Shown here: positions 62,880-64,000 of the stretch, piece after piece
How positions within the stretch are numbered: position 1 is the first letter of the stretch
How the letters are laid out: each line of letters begins with the position of its first letter
Assembly: GCA_038087875.1 (NCBI GenBank)
Contig: CM075977.1
Location: forward strand, 17,112,001 to 17,176,000
Reading direction: 5' to 3'
Source of the DNA: Malacoraja senta
Lineage: Eukaryota
Length of the DNA stretch: 64,000 nucleotides
Notes under the pieces: generated by a model
Databases searched by the model: none
Told to the model about the DNA's origin: nothing
What the model saw: the letters and a program-made list of their open reading frames with translations, nothing else
Program-made: the position numbers and the translations under genes

Positions 62880-64000
62880 AGAACAATGCATTGGATGTGG
62901 AAGCCAATGTCTGTGTAGGAATGGGAAGAAGAATTAAAGTCCAGGTTGGTTCACGCAGGCTGAGGAAGGTGTTCCGCGAAACGATCACCCAGTCTACGTT
63001 TGGTCTTGTCGATGTAGAAGTTCCACATCTTGAACAACAGATACAGGAGATGAAGTTGGAGGAGGTGCGAGTGAACTTCTGCCTAACCTGAAAGGACTGT
63101 CGGGGTCCCTGGACAGAATCGAGGAAGGAGGTATAGCGACATCTTTTGCAATTGCATGGGAAGGTACCTGGGGAGGGGGTGAGTTGAGTGCGAAAGGATG
63201 AGTTAACCAAGGAATTGCAGAGGGAACGGTCTCTGCAGAAGGCTGAAAGGGGTGGAGATGGAAAATGTGGCTAGTGGTGAGATCCCGTGGCAGAAATTCG
63301 GAGGAGTATGTGTTGTATGCGATGGCTGATGGGGTGGAAAGTAAGGACTAGGGGAACTCTGTCTCTGTTGCGACTAGGGGGAGGGGAGCAAGGGTGGTGC
63401 TGCGGGGTACCGAGGAGACATGAGTGAGGGCCTCATCTATGATGGGAGAGGGGAACCCCAGTTCCCTAAAGAATGGGAACATCTCGGATGTTCTAGTATG
63501 GAACACCTCATCTTGGGTGCAGATGCGGCGTAGACGGAGGAATTGGGAGTAGGGGATAATCTTTGCAGGAAGCAGGGTAGGAAGAAGTGTAGTTGAGATA
63601 GTTGTGGGAGTCAGTGGGTTTGTAATAGATATCCATCAATAGTCTATTTCGTGTGATGGAGGCTGTGAGATCAAAAAGGGAGGGATGTGTCAGAGATGGT
63701 CCAAGTAAATTTGAGTGCAGGATGAAAATTGGTGGTGAAGTTGATGAAGTCCATGAGTTCTGCATGGGTGCAGGAAGTAGCACCGATGCAGTCATCAATG
63801 TAACGGAGATAGAGTTCTGGAATAGGGCCAGTGTAAGTCTGGAACAGGGATTGTTCAACATACCCTACAAAGTGGCAGGCATAGCTGGGACCCATGCGGG
63901 TGCCCATAGCTACGCCTTGGACTTGGAGGGATTGGGAGAAGTCAAAGGAGAAGTTGTTGAGGGTGAGGACCAGCTCTGATAGGCAGAGTAGAGTGTTAGT
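62880..64000 (-). mobile_element. Penelope-like retroelement, decayed, running off the window end
   Basis: GTRMGPSYACHFVGYVEQ...YLRYIDDC; YKPTDSHNYL; same family as 52.9-54.8 kb. Confidence 0.9.

Overview
Eukaryotic (vertebrate) genomic DNA. The repeat landscape (CR1 LINEs, V-SINEs, Penelope-derived palindromes) suggests a cartilaginous fish, probably a skate/ray; this is an inference. The only intact host gene is the 3' part of ZFPM2 (FOG2) on the + strand: last three coding exons 2768-2974, 5422-5646 and 11798-14319, all eight zinc fingers, a CtBP-binding PMDLS motif, and a 3' UTR to ~15345. The remainder is mostly transposable elements (Tc1, hAT, Harbinger-like TIR elements, Helitron, CR1, L2, Rex1/RTE-like, Penelope, V-SINE). 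Two things stand out. (1) Right after the ZFPM2 poly(A) signal is a ~12.7 kb nested stack (Tigger-like > palindromic repeat > Helitron > two Harbinger-like TIR elements > hAT > CR1). Three of its DNA-transposon layers appear to carry host coding fragments (DPP3, a copper amine oxidase split by a CR1, and an unidentified exon-like segment), plus a phased CCAAT-box array. (2) A dozen or more short Penelope-derived elements, often palindromic and TSD-flanked, carry a minimal hammerhead-ribozyme core with compensatory stem II changes. Three N-gaps (near 18.1, 24.1 and 49.5 kb) limit certainty about contiguity.
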